Below, one piece after another: positions 11,638 to 24,152 of a stretch of DNA of 64,000 nucleotides. The notes beneath the pieces are model-generated. The model ran no database searches and was not told where the DNA came from. It saw only the letters and a list, made by a program, of their open reading frames with translations. This DNA is from Lingula anatina (Eukaryota; Animalia; Brachiopoda), in assembly GCA_051362555.1 (NCBI GenBank), contig CM120642.1, positions 18,104,001-18,168,000 of the forward strand. The letters are read 5' to 3'. The translations under genes and the position numbers were made by a program. Numbering within the stretch: the first letter of the stretch is position 1; each line of letters starts with the position of its first letter.

Positions 11638-14600
11638 GTAAGCGTCCTGTTTAGACTCATTTTAAACCCAAGATCTCAAATAATCTCAGGCAGAAATACT
11701 AAAACACATTGTATTGTTGTTTGGGTCGTTTATTGATCCAAGATCTCGCATATTCTGAGGTAGAAATAATACATTTACGTGATTGTGAGTGTATATACGA
11801 CCAAATCACTGATGATTTATAGGTTTTATAACGAGTGACTTTCGTTAAGGGCGTGCAGGCACTACTGGCGATTCAACTCTATATCGTTACATCTTTATTT
11901 GTTTTTCTATATCATCTTTTCAGCTTTTCGAAAACGAAAATTAAATCGTATCAAACCTATTAAACTGAAACTCACGATCAGAAAAAAGTCCATATGTATA
12001 AAAATGTGCAAGCTTTCGTCACCCAACTATAATATTGTGTGTTGTATGTGTAAAATGTCAACGCGTAGATAACTGCGCATTTGTGTTTTATACAAGTCGA
12101 ATTATGAAATTGCTGGAAATGTTTATGACTGTTAAACAGCGCATTTTCTGGATGACATCTACAAATGGCGTGTCAGCACGAAATTCATGATATCAGTAGG
12201 TTTTTTAATCAGAAAGAAGAGGGAAAAAAAGGGAGGCCGTATATATATCAAAGCTTTCTATAGCGACTGCAGATATTTTAAAAAGGTAGCCAGTACATAG
12301 TCTTTTCGGAATAGAAATCGACTTGGATCTTCGGAATTAAGACGACTGACACATGTTAAAGGTATTGTTAATGTTTCTTCTTACATTGTTTCTCAGAAAA
12401 AACATATAACACAATATGGACTAGACGAGATACCTCAGCAAATGGGGAAAGGGGGGGGGAGGAGAAGGGGTCTAGACCCCTTTTCTGAAATTATGTTCCT
12501 TTTTACCATAATGGCATGGAAGCGGTGGTGTGGTATCACAGATGATCCTGTCCACAGATTGTTAGTACTTTTGGTTTTGACTCTTATTTTTTTTATCGAA
12601 AACCGCGAGTTTGTTTAAGTTTATGCATACCTGATGCTTGGTATTTTTTATGTAATGTTCCGTCTTTACACCACCTTCATGGAAATCTCTGCATCGTTAC
12701 ATTACACAGTTTGCTGTTGCTATGTTAACTGTTAAACTGAATCTATGGATGCACTCGCTGTTTGGTGACGTAAAGTGCCATAACATAACGAACTGTGCGC
12801 ATTTTCGCATCCTCGTCGCTTTTAAACTATAAATATCCTTTGTTTTATTTCGTTATTTTGCTGTTTTGACGTAAGATAAAACTACAAGATAACTAAAACG
12901 TTCCAATTTTTACATTTAGGGCCTATAGTGCTTTCAAGCCCACGGCCTTTACTTTCTATCCAACAATCTGAAACACAACGAAGAAAATAGATGGCCAGGT
13001 TGCTAGAAACACAGGTTGTCGTGATGCAACAAATGAGGAAGATATCTGAATCTACAACCTGGCTATCTCTTGTGGTTTTGCTATCTTATCGAAATCTTTG
13101 CCGTTCATGGTCGGGAACCAATCAAGAGGCGGGGGAGATTATCTGGAAATTGCTGCTATCCCTGTGGATAAGACAACAAATCAAGATTTATTGAAAAACA
13201 ACTTTGTAATATCGGTGGAATTTATCATGATATCGACAGTCATCATGCATATCGAAGGTAATAGTACGTATGGTGGTAATTTGTGCTATTTGTCACCTAA
13301 TCCTCCCGTGTTGAATTTAGAGAACATGAAATCGAGAAATAATTTGTGTGTAGCTTTTGTAAATCTCAAGATCTGTTTCGACATAGAAACAGATCCAAGC
13401 CGGTTTCGATGTAAGACACCTCACAAGATGACTATATAAATTTGCCAATTGAGAAATGCCAGTCGAGAGCGCTTTTTTTCCACAAAAGTACCAAGAGCTA
13501 TTTGCCGATTAACTTGAGTTTAGCTGAAGGCGTACGTCGGAAAGTGTACGGAGGTTGGCATCCTTTCTTAAACCTGTCAGGACCGAACCATGAGTCCGAA
13601 CGAAAACAACAGTCTGGGCAACCGCTTGGACAAATCTTCATACTTTCCGCATGGTATCAGACCTTGGCTGCAAACGGCTCGTTGCAGTAATTGAAACCAG
13701 AAAGATTTATTTGTTTGCCCTAAAAAATAGCACTTTGGTGGGGGTCAGAGATAGGTCAAACAAGAGCCGAAGACGCTTGCAGAAGAGAAGCAGGTTTGTG
13801 AACTTTCCGTGGAGCTCGAATGACCGCAAAGTAGTGCTTGCAAAATAGAGACTTCACTTGGGGACTTGGGGTTATCCAATCTAGCTAAAAAGTCCGGCGA
13901 ACTTGCGCTAAATCATATTATATAGAGGATACAGAAAACGCATCGAGAGCTTTGTTGGCTTGCTTGCTGTGAGAGGACATCTGTTAAGGTTTGATGGAGC
14001 AATTACGGAGAAGTTTTGGGTACGTTTGGTCGAGGAGGGCAACATAGGCCCTATATACACCCATAGGAGGGTGTGCGTACAAACATAGCCATCTTTGATT
14101 TCAAGGTCATATTTTTTAATTTGTGAAAAATTTAGATTTAGAACAGTGATTTGTGGTGTTTTTGTTTTTAAAGGTGGAATTTCAACCAAGCTGATCTAGG
14201 AAACTTTTTGTTTCGTGTATAATTCTGTCGTTTACAAACACTGTTTGATGGAAAGTAAATAGCAATACGATTTTGATTTTAGAAACGGCAGTATAATATC
14301 TTCTTTATTTTTCGTAAATGTACTTAAGAGCAACGTCCGACTTATGTAAATATTTCATATTTAAGGACTCTTCGTTGTTTTGCACTCTTTAAATCTTGCA
14401 TAGCTCGATTTTGTGATGCTTCAGAGACTGCAAATGTTTCTTTATTTCAAGTAAAAATTTGAAGAATACCGTTAACATCCCTTTCTAAAATTTTAATCAA
14501 ACAGAGAGCTTGGGAAAACATTTAAAAATGAATATTTGTTAGTGATTTAAATTATGATATCTGACGGGCGGAGTCATATGCGCTTTTCGCATTTAGTGGT

Positions 14601-15242
14601 ATATTTAACGATACATTTTCTACCGGTATTTCTTTGAGAGGTCCTAACACGTGAAAACGATACTGAGGGTTCTCCAGTAATTCTATTTGGTGACTCTCTT
14701 ACGTAAAAGCCAGGACGTTAACAAATCTTATTCTGTCATACATGTACATGTAGTACACTGATTTTGCCTTGGGTTTGAATGGAATTGCAGGTTTTCAGTC
14801 TCTTAAAGACGCTCGGTTCACAAATTCCTGCTTGGAGCAGCTGGCAACTAGTTGTCATGTTGATATAAGCAAAAGCAAGCAATAGGTGGTGTCATAATTG
14901 TTGGGTTGACGCGCACGAGGTGATAACGTCAAGCTTTCTCTTTTTGATTCGTTTAAAAGCGTATACGCACAACAGTTTATATACAGCGACTATATTATAC
15001 ATATGAGCGAGTCTATTATAATTAAATGTACTGTTAACAACAATTCAGAAACAGCTGTGTTTAAAAGTGACGTAAGGGTTTCTATGCAAAAAAGATGGTT
15101 TAGGGATTAAGATCTATACAGATAGACGAACAGAGGGCAGGAATATTGGATGGGGGTGTCAAAGTAATAATTTTCAGTGATATTGTTAAACATGTAACAG
15201 AATTCCTCCCTCCCTCCCGACCCCCCCCTCTCTCTCTTTCTC

Positions 15243-15274
<32 letters not shown>

Positions 15275-15781
15275 CAGAGACGGCAACATCTAATGATTCA
15301 GCTCTTAATACCACATTTTGATAAGGTTGACAAGATTGATATATTGATGCAGACAGCGTTTACTTATAATGAACTTTGAACACTCGTTGGCCTTGATATC
15401 TTCAGTGATCTCCCTTATGTTTTTATTTCAACTCCCAATGACGTCTTTAACCTCAAATGATATGATGCTCTGAAGACGCTGAACTTCACTAAATCACGGC
15501 GAACAAACACTGAAGATTCGGCATGAAATGGTTAATAACGCGATCTTGATTGTGTGGTACTTTTTATATAGTCAAAATATCTCGTAGATCTGTATAGATA
15601 TTTTATTCTATATCTTACAAATAATTTTCTGCAAATAAAGTAAAAAAGTATCATGTAAATGTATAGATAACTTGGCACCATGACTTAAATGTATTCGTAT
15701 TTTGTAATTTTTTTTTATTTTACAGGATGGGCAAACCCAGCACGTGTTAACGATGTAATGGAACTGGCGGGCTAGAACACA

Positions 15782-17227
15782 ATGACGAAGGAGGAGAAGC
15801 GAACCACACCCAAGGGTTCCTCAGGGTCTGGCTCCCGGGGCACGGGGATGCGTGCAGTCCTTCAGAAGGAATATATGCAGGGCCTTGACCATCTGCGCCA
15901 GGTCATCGCCAACGTTGAGCACGAAATAGACAAACAGAAACTGGAGTTTTACTGCTGTGAGGCAAATGATGAAGAGAAATATGAGGAATACCTACGGACA
16001 TGCAATTCCAAGTTACTGCAGTGTAATAATCAGCTACGTAAGAAAAACTTACAGTTGGAGGTGATCGATTCGGAACTTCAATTAGTGGCGCTGTTAAACA
16101 ACGCAAGAATTTCCCACGCTGAGTCGGACTCTATTAGTTTCCTCACAGAATTTTGGGAAAATTTGAAAAACTCTATGGAAGGGTTGAGACGTTTGCGCGG
16201 GAAATTACAGACCAATGTAGTAGAGCGATTAAAAAGTAACTGTAGAAGTTACAATTATGGAAATGCAAATTTAGACTTGAGCGAGCATTATGCTCGGGAC
16301 ATTACTAAATATCAGGCGGAAATAGGACGGATGCTGGAAGACACAGAAATCTTGATCAAGAGTTTTGAAAGTAATATACGCCAAGATCTATTTATGAATT
16401 CGAATTTTTCTGAAAGGGTTTTGATATCGTGCGATCACAAAGCCTTCCCGATACTCAGACTTACGCCGGACGTCATTGAGAAGCTAGAAAGGATTTGTCG
16501 CCTCTCAAAACAGTGGATTGATCGCGACGAGACGTATGTTTACGAGATTAATACGCACATCAGAGAAGCGCGAAATAGAACGAGGAAGACACGCGAGGAC
16601 CTTCGAAGTCACCAAGAAAAGCAGAAGAAAATCGTTAAGAACGCCAAATCATCCCTTATTCTCTTCCAGAGCAACAAAGAAAAACTGAGACAAATCGAGG
16701 CAGAGCTGAAGGACTTAGAGAGCCAGGTCGGACACTTCTCTCATCAAAAAGACGGAAAGACCGGCGAAAAACGACAGAAAGAGAGCATGATGGATTTCCT
16801 CAAAATCAGTATCTCTCAAACGAAGAAAAACTATGCTCTTCAACGCAGGCGAACTCGCATACAGCAGCAACTCTCCGAGCTTGAGCGGCAATTGCAAGAG
16901 ATAGAACTTAGTCTAAAGAGTGTACAAGAAGCCGTGGCGCAAAAATCGCAAGAAAAAGTCGTTGTTGTGGAAAAAGTTGAGACGAGTGAAAAAGTGTACA
17001 GTTCTATACGAGTCGAGCTGGATAGTTTCACTGCGAACATCAGCAAATTACAAGTACAAATGAGCGAATTAACGGAGCAGTTGGGGCAGCTGGAGATGAT
17101 ACAGACGCTAAAGACGAGCCCCGAAATGGTGGACGATTTTTACGATCGGCCATCTTCGGTAAAACTCGCTCCATCTTTGAGGGAGAAAATAAAACGAAAA
17201 AGAAAAATATTAAGTCAATCAATTTGA
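15782..17227 (+). CDS. Uncharacterised 481-aa coiled-coil protein (single coding exon)
   Basis: 1446-nt ORF in AT-rich DNA with E/K/Q/L-rich heptad character and a basic C-terminal KIKRKRK (possible NLS). Preceded by the acceptor TTTTTTATTTTACAG|G at 15725 and followed by AATAAA at 18325. No family recognised. Confidence 0.9.
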   Translation: MTKEEKRTTPKGSSGSGSRGTGMRAVLQKEYMQGLDHLRQVIANVEHEIDKQKLEFYCCEANDEEKYEEYLRTCNSKLLQCNNQLRKKNLQLEVIDSELQLVALLNNARISHAESDSISFLTEFWENLKNSMEGLRRLRGKLQTNVVERLKSNCRSYNYGNANLDLSEHYARDITKYQAEIGRMLEDTEILIKSFESNIRQDLFMNSNFSERVLISCDHKAFPILRLTPDVIEKLERICRLSKQWIDRDETYVYEINTHIREARNRTRKTREDLRSHQEKQKKIVKNAKSSLILFQSNKEKLRQIEAELKDLESQVGHFSHQKDGKTGEKRQKESMMDFLKISISQTKKNYALQRRRTRIQQQLSELERQLQEIELSLKSVQEAVAQKSQEKVVVVEKVETSEKVYSSIRVELDSFTANISKLQVQMSELTEQLGQLEMIQTLKTSPEMVDDFYDRPSSVKLAPSLREKIKRKRKILSQSI

Positions 17228-17724
17228 ATTGAAGTCAGCCTTTCTTGACAGCTCGGAAAGGAAACAAACACTGGTGCTTTTGATTAACAACAAAGTGGTA
17301 CAGTATCTACGATGTTTTATTGCACTGTGTGTCACAAATTAATTGTTTAGACTGTTTATAGCAACTTGCTGTTCTCACGACCAAAGAAGTTCAAGTTCAG
17401 CGCCAGCGATTATTCTAAATATTTCTGACACTTTTTGGTTAAATATGCTTTATCTCTCATAACGGTGCTCTCTGCTAGGGGCCAGTTGGGTGATGACGTC
17501 ATTTGATGACGCCATTTGTGAAGTTCTGTGCAAAATTTCTAACTCGCCAAAAATGCATGCAGAATTTGTTCGGGGGATATTTGTGAATATTCAGTGATGA
17601 AATCGCTTTTTGGCCCTGGTAGTTGGTATTACAAAAACGTATCATTGCAATAATCAGTTAATTGTGTTTGTTGAGAAGAGGCAGCCAGCGCATCCCGTAA
17701 AGCTTTGCTGAAACCCTGAACCTG

Positions 17725-17895
17725 GGCCTGGTTTCACAGAAAAAAAAAATGAAGTCAGGTTCCCTGGCTAAGAACTTAATTACCATGGTCACATGGGCAC
17801 ACTTTACCCTATCAGGAGCAGTGTGACAGCTGGAAATCCTAGTCAACTAAGCCAGGGAACCGACTTAAGTTTTTTGGTAAAATTATGGCCAGGCC
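17725..17895. repeat. Small inverted-repeat element (MITE-like) in the putative 3' UTR
   Basis: AAGTCAGGTTCCCTGGCT (17752-17769) pairs with AGCCAGGGAACCGACTT (17850-17866). Outer GGCCTGG/CCAGGCC. Confidence 0.55.
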
Positions 17896-18324
17896 TATTT
17901 TCTTGACATACTTAGCTTTTTTAATAAGAGACAATGCGAGACAAATGTATTTTTTCTTTCAGCAATTACTTTATACAATGAAGTCAAACTTGATTTTATA
18001 TGAAAGATATCCACTTTGTATTAATATCAACCTGTTAATATGTGCAAAATCCTTGCTGTTCTTATAATGGCGCGACATCAGCTTTCTAAATTTATCTAAT
18101 TTTTTTTCTTATGAAATGTATAAAGGACCTCTATGAAAATAATGGCAGAATCTACTTACAGCATGCCAAAATTACTGTCAGGTTACACGAAGAAGGCGGG
18201 ATTTCATCTCAGTGCTGTAATTCCTTTATTATGGTGTCGCACCAGTTTCAGTGGAATTTTACATTCATTATGGCTTTAAAATCGGTGCTGAAGGTGCTGT
18301 AATTTTGTACATTTAAATATCTAC

Positions 18325-18330
18325 AATAAA
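18325..18330 (+). terminator. Putative polyadenylation signal of the coiled-coil gene
   Basis: AATAAA followed by a T/GT-rich tract, ~1.1 kb after the stop and ahead of the URAD promoter region. Confidence 0.5.
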
Positions 18331-18909
18331 CAATTTGATGTATCCGCTGTTCTTTTATTTGCCATGATATTTTAAAGATCGGGTATCTTTAGGCCTACAC
18401 TTTAGGCCTACGACACGGTTTGATCTCTGCCCGCATTTATGTACTCAACTCTAAGACCTGTTTTAGAAAATTTTATTTATTATTTATGTGGAAAATTGTT
18501 AATGATACATGTAGTAGCAGGCAGATAAAAAGGGCCACATTAACAGTGATACCTCTTGACTCGGTGGTCAATTATAACTCTAATTTTGATTCGTAACTTA
18601 TTTAATCCGTGTCCTTTATGCGGCTGGTATTTCACAAACGGTGATTACTGAAAAAATTAACCCCATTAAAATAACAAATTGATCTTTCTCGGTATGAAAG
18701 ACAAAATAATACTAATACCAATTATGATTATTATCATTTTTATTCATAGTATTATTAAAGCACCAAACATTACCCCGTAGCTTGTCCCCGCAACTACCAT
18801 TGCGATAGTTGCGCTGGATGCAATGCAACCTTTACTGCTTCCTCCATTAACAAAAGAGTGACCGATTCCCGGCCACCACGTTAATTCTTGTCACTACATA
18901 ACATAAGGG

Positions 18910-19084
18910 ATGAAAATCGAGGACGTGAATGCCCTGGATTCTGATGCTTTCATCTCCCTGTTTGGCAATATCGTTGAGAATTGTAGCCTTATTGCTGCGG
19001 CGATATGGTCGTCTAGACCTTTCTCTGACGTCGACGACATTCAAAACCAGCTAAACAAGTTTATTGATCTTTTGCCTCGTAATG
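18910..19084 (+). CDS. URAD: OHCU decarboxylase (URAD/PRHOXNB) copy 1, coding exon 1
   Basis: MKIEDVNALDSDAFISLFGNIVENCSLIAAAIWSSRPFSD...LP matches the animal URAD N-terminus. Phase-1 donor G|GTAAGT at 19085. Confidence 0.95.
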
Positions 19085-19648
19085 GTAAGTAACAATGCAC
19101 GCCACTTCTCTACAACATTTCTTTAAGCCACCGTGCTCAACTAAGGCTGCGACAGTCATTTATGGATAGACCCACATTCAGAGCTTGCCAAAGCCCACCA
19201 TTATATGTAATGGGGAACTTGTTCAATATACAAAGTAGGCTACCTATCAGTGTATGTGATAGGCCTACATGCAATACCTTTAAATTTGGGTCATCCTTGG
19301 ATCCATTAGGGCCTACATTACCATTTTATCATATGTAAAACGGATCCAGGCTGACCTACTTCTTGTAGGCCCTGTCACTACTGCCACTACATGCAACTGA
19401 GAAATAACTTATCACACAAGAACACGACATAAAGCTCTTGTAGGCCTAGGCTATATGAGTAGATTTAAGTACAATGTATATAAAATGAGACTAACTTTTT
19501 AGATTTTTGTTATCTTTCTGTGTTTGGCCTCTTGGCACATGCGAGTTTCACGAGTTAGCATATTTTATTTGTTTTTTATGAAGACTCCAACACATTTTCT
19601 CGCTAATATCACTGTTGTTTGATTAGTGGCATTCTGTCGGTCTTGCAG

Positions 19649-19998
19649 GAAAAGAGGGCATATTGAGGAGTCACCCAGATCTAGCAGGTAGACTAGCGGC
19701 GGCCGGTCAGTTGACCAGAGAGTCCACCCAGGAACAAAAAGCTGCCGGACTGGACTCCCTGACAGCCGAGGAAAAAGAAAAACTAAACAAATTAAACACC
19801 GAATACAAGGCCAAATTTGGATTTCCGTTCGTTATTTGTGCACGCGAGAATAAGAAGGACGCTATACTTAAAGGTCTTGAGCGTCGGGTACAAAACGATC
19901 TTGAAACTGAGACATTAACCGGGGTTGAAGAAGTGAAGAAAATATGCCGCCTACGATTGCTTGACATTATGGAAAATCACCCCGGTGCTAAATTGTAA
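19649..19998 (+). CDS. URAD: OHCU decarboxylase (URAD/PRHOXNB) copy 1, coding exon 2 (spliced protein 174 aa)
   Basis: Acceptor TCTTGCAG at 19648. Encodes GKEGILRSHPDLAGR (His67), ESTQEQ (Ser84/Glu87), YKAKFGFPFVICAR and EEVKKICRLRL, with C-terminal PTS1 AKL. Confidence 0.96.
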
Positions 19999-20195
19999 CT
20001 GGTTTGCAATGCTAAAGTGTGGTACTTGGAGTGATCTCCATAAACTTATAATAATTTTGACACATATAGGGAAGTGGAATTTATATGGAATTTATATTTA
20101 TATTGAAAATGCAGTCTTTATGATGAAGGACTTAGAGGTGTAAAATTGAATTGTTTACTGTTATAGTTATGATGAATAATAGTGGTAAAATACCA

Positions 20196-20364
20196 AGTGT
20201 GGCAAGAATGGTAGTCCGCAAGGAACCGAAACTCGTTCCCCATTACTTTGTACAGATGACATTCGTCCCATATACTGACCCCAATTCGCAAACTAATCCT
20301 AACCTGTACTTATCATAACGATCCCCGGGTTATATTCCTAGGACCTCCATTCCTGTAACACTGG
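20196..20364. mobile_element. MITE family A (~170 bp; GTGT...ACAC(C/T)GG ends, CTAACC core)
   Basis: Related copies at 23979-24152 (reverse) and 42765-42930 share CCCATTACTTTGTACAG.TGACATTCG.CCCATATACT.ACC...CTAACCTGTACT. Confidence 0.7.
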
Positions 20365-21170
20365 TATTAGGAAGTGTAATAAGAAGCCCATGGAATATTT
20401 TAAAGCTAAGAAAATTATCGATATCTTAAAACTATTTCTAATACTGAAAGTTCTTGGTGCTAGAAATTGCATGCATATATCCTGTGCTTACTTTTATTAC
20501 AAAGGCGTTAGTTTCATTGTTTTCCTTTGCCTCTTACTTTTCTCCGTAACCAGTGTGTAATTAAGAAAGAAAATTAAAATAAGACATCGGAGCGCGGCTA
20601 TTGTAACTCCTTGCATTATAACCTATCCTGAAGACCAGTTTTCTATTCAAACACGTTTTAGGTAGGTATCGACTTTTAGTCTGGGTACATTTTGCATGTT
20701 GTTTTGATAAACGGGTTTTTTTCACCCTTTCACGTTTTTAAATAATCAGACATGAGCTTTTTTCTGCTGAAAAGCGTAATTCCGCGTTTTTTAAATTTAA
20801 CCCTGATGGTTCCTGAGGTGTTGGGTCACATGATAAATGTTCAGTTTTTTTTTAATCCTAGGCTCATGTCTGAATAATTCTTGGTTAAGAAAAAATTATT
20901 TCGGACTTGAGAGTAAGCATATTGTGCTTCTTTTCTGTTGCTTCTTTTTTGTATGTACATGCAGGGCGTATTTTTTTCTTGGTCGTTTTACAGAAACGTT
21001 GATCTCTTTCAAATTCTAAATAAGGTCACTAAGGCCAAGGTAAATTTATTTAATAATAATAATAATAATAATGAACCAATAAACATATCATTTTACTCTA
21101 TTACTTTTTTTAATTTTTTGATGGTGTTTTTACAACCGATCAAAATAAAATATTTTGCGTAACCTTTTGT

Positions 21171-21309
21171 CTTCTCTCAACCAGGGCGACAGATTGATTT
21201 TCCACAGATATTCACAGATATGTCTATAGATAAATAGACAGACATTTTGGCTCTCAGTCGATTCAGCAAAAAATGTCCACAATAATAACTGCAGCCCTGG
21301 TTGGGGGTA
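21171..21309. mobile_element. MITE family B (~140 bp; CTCTACCAGGGC TIR)
   Basis: Inverted ends CAACCAGGGC/GCCCTGGTTG. Homologous to 42623-42764 and to a partial copy at 25362-25431. Confidence 0.7.
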
Positions 21310-21428
21310 CCTTTTGCCCGTCATAGTGAGATAATTAGCTGTCTGAATCGGCATTTTTACCTCAGCAGTGCCGAGCGTCTGTACAGTAATGGTTCAATGT
21401 CTATATGAGCTTTTCTGTGCTTGTATTC

Positions 21429-21796
21429 TCAGAGTTTTGAGTTATAATCGAAGTGCGCTTTTCCTATGTTTTCTACGACGTCGAGGAGTCTCAGCCAACA
21501 AATCTTCTTCACCTCATCTATCCCTCTTAACAATTCTTGCCCTTGAGTGTTCTCAAGACTTTCCTCTATTCCCTTCATAATTGAACACTTTCGGTTTTCT
21601 CTCGCGCAGACGACGAATGGAAAGCCAAATTTGGCTTTGTATTTTGTGTTCATTTCGGTCAGTCTTGCCCTTTCTTCGGGCGTTAGATCTACCAACCCAG
21701 CAATGGCCTGCTCTCTCGAGCACTCCTTACTCAACTTCCCCATGGCGGCAAGCCGCCCGGCCAGATCCGGTAGACAGCGTAGGATTCCTTCTTTAC
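21429..21796 (-). CDS. URAD: URAD paralogue (copy 2), coding exon 2; catalytic His replaced by Leu
   Basis: Minus-strand acceptor TTTCTTTAAG at 21797. Encodes GKEGILRCLPDLAGRLAAMGKLSKECSREQ...YKAKFGFPFVVCAREN...DEVKKICWLRLLDV and ends in PTS1 SKL. Confidence 0.92.
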
Positions 21797-22315
21797 CTTA
21801 AAGAAATATATTTTTATACACATTACATTGTTAACGGAATAAGCACGAGTACTGAGAAATAGAAGATGATAATAGGATCTTTGCTAGTGATGGGTATTTC
21901 GTTTCCTGATACTTTCAGTTATTTAAACGTTTATGGCTTTTGTGCATGATACATTTTTTTGGACTGACCAGTTTATCGTGGTCCATTTTCTCTGCACTCT
22001 GCTTTACAATATCAGAGCACAGAGGGGAATCTTCCCAATTCAGCTCTACAGACTTTTTCGCTGACTTAGTGCCCATTTGCACATCCTCAGGTGTACTTTT
22101 TCGAAAGGCAATTTATTTAATTTTGAAAGTACCATTTGTTTATCTTTGAATATTTTTCTCTCGTGTATGTCGCTATGGGCAAATACTCTGGTAAGCTACA
22201 CCCAGCTTACTCAAAAACATTGCTAAAATTTTATGCAAACATATCGCAATAATTTTAAAATATTTACAGAAAATTGTTGGGGACGACGTTTACGTGTGTA
22301 CCTTTTTAACATATA

Positions 22316-23703
22316 CACACACTGGACAAAAGAAGTGTCACCCCCTAACTCAGAGTAATAAAAGTAGGCAGATCTTGGGTACTTATAATGCCTGGTCTAC
22401 TTATAATGTGACTAATGAGTATAAAACCGCTATACCATGGAATTGTATTGTTGGTCTTGTACATGCACAGCAAATGTTATTCCTGTCTTCTTCCAATATG
22501 GCAAGATACAGGCAATTATCTAACGGTTATAGGTGCAAGTTATTAACCTGAAGAGGCGGAATATAAGCAATGTCAGAATATCGATACAATTGAATTGTTC
22601 AGTCAGAACCGTGCAGAGGGTCTGGTCTCGGTATAGAAACACTGGATCAAGAGACAAATTGCCTCTGATGGGTCGTGCAAGAAAAAAATACTGGCCGTGA
22701 AAACCGACGACTGATTTTGATGTCCAGGTTGTCAAAGTTCGACACTGCTTGTCAGTTGACAACACAGTGGAACGATTTCACACATAAGAATGTGTCTGTG
22801 AAAATTGCTAGGCGTCGGTTACTTGCTCAGAGAGTGTACAGCAGGGTAGCAACACTGAAACCTCTTATATCGTTACAAAACAGGCAACGTAGAGTAAACT
22901 AGGGTCAACAGGATCTGGAACTGGACAGTTCATGACAATTGGTCCTATATATTTTTTCCTGATGAGTGTCGCTTTGGTCTGACCTCTGATGACAGACGGG
23001 TACTATGCTGGCAAACTGCTGGTAAAGCATTTGAACCACATGCACTGAATTTTCGAATCCGGAGCAGCATATTCATCATGGTGTGGGACTGCATCAGCAT
23101 CCATGGCTTGGGCGAATTGATAGTGGTTAATGGAAACATGAATCACTAGAAATATATCGATGTTTTGGAGTCAGGCTTGCTACCATCTATTACTAACATG
23201 TTTGGTGACAGGAATTATCCATTTGTTCACCAGGATGACAATGCTCCTTGTCACAGGCCCAGAGCAGTTGATGATTGGTTTGACCAACAGGACATTCGCA
23301 GGGTGATGTGGCCTGCCCAGAGTCCGGATGCAAACATAATAGAAAATGTGTGGAATGATATGTCAAAACTTTTCACAAATGCCCGTCTATCCAGCAGAGA
23401 AACTCTGTTATATCCAGTGTTTCATGCTTGGGCCAGCATAAGCCCTGAACGCATCAGACAATTATATGAAACCTTGCTTCGTAGACTGGCACCTATTATT
23501 AGGTCACGTGGCTATGCCACTAAGTACTAATTTTGGACTTGAAACTGCATATTTTGGTAGAATGTATATTTTGTTCTCATTTTGTGATTTTTTGTGAAAT
23601 TTAATGTTAATAAAATGATACCAGGAGCATATCATTCCACAGTCATTTATCTCCCCCATAGTACTGGCTCAGTAGGGGTGACACTTCTTTTGTCCAGTGT
23701 GTG
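22316..23703 (+). mobile_element. Tc1/mariner (DD34E) DNA transposon, full length but decayed
   Basis: 29-bp perfect TIR CACACACTGGACAAAAGAAGTGTCACCCC with TA TSD on both sides. Transposase motifs IFPDECRF, HQDDNAPCHR and WPAQSPDANIIENVW (34 residues between D and E). Confidence 0.95.
22498..23530 (+). pseudogene. Tc1 transposase pseudogene
   Basis: ATG at 22498 is followed by frameshifts and stops. The C-terminal catalytic region is still open at 23165-23530 and ends in RSRGYATKY. Confidence 0.9.
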
Positions 23704-23978
23704 TACGTTATCAAAAACGTGTTTATAACGTTTTTGAAAATGTTTTGAATACGTTTAAAAAAATAACATTTTAGCAACATTTTTGTGTTAGCTGGGTTAA
23801 AGTTTCTTGTACAATTGTGAATTTGGAAAAAAAGAGCCAACATTAAAAGGTTCTTTTGGACATTCCATTTCATTTTAGAAAGTGAAAGTTCGTGTTTTAG
23901 AAACCTAGCAAACAATCGGAGGGTATTATCTTAACTGTCAGTTGAGAAAAACATGGCTGATTGTCACCTATAAGTAGA

Positions 23979-24152
23979 CCAGTGTAACGAAACTGAGGGT
24001 CTTTGTAACAGAAAGCCCCCCCCCTCCATTCAGTTATAATGGTTAGGGTTAGCCTGACTGAAGTGGGTCAAAATCTAGGGCGAGGCTCGCCTGTACAAAT
24101 GAATGGGAAGCGGTCTCTCTATCATGGGTGACTCTCTGTCACGTTACACCGG
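23979..24152. mobile_element. MITE family A copy (reverse orientation)
   Basis: CCAGTGTAACG...CGTTACACCGG inverted ends with a GGTTAGGGTTAG core. Confidence 0.65.

Larger units (their letters stand above)
22201..23796. mobile_element. Non-autonomous CCCAGC-terminated element (~210 bp) split by the Tc1 insertion
   Basis: Left end CCCAGCTTACTCAAAAACATTGCTAAAATTTTAT matches the reverse complement of the right end, CCCAGCTAACACAAAAATGTTGCTAAAATGTTAT. Confidence 0.7.

Noticed and set aside
12991-14189. Run of 65-113-aa ORFs in a CpG-containing region with CCAAT/GC box at ~13118-13135
   Set aside because: No recognisable domains or consistent splice pattern. It may be an alternative promoter or UTR of the coiled-coil gene, but this cannot be supported.
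15468-15505. CTGAAGA-C-GCTG...CGGC-GAAC hammerhead-like string
   Set aside because: Weak stem, defective GAAA box and no closing stems; likely chance.
19707-21862. ORFs antisense to the URAD exons
   Set aside because: Shadow ORFs of the real coding exons.
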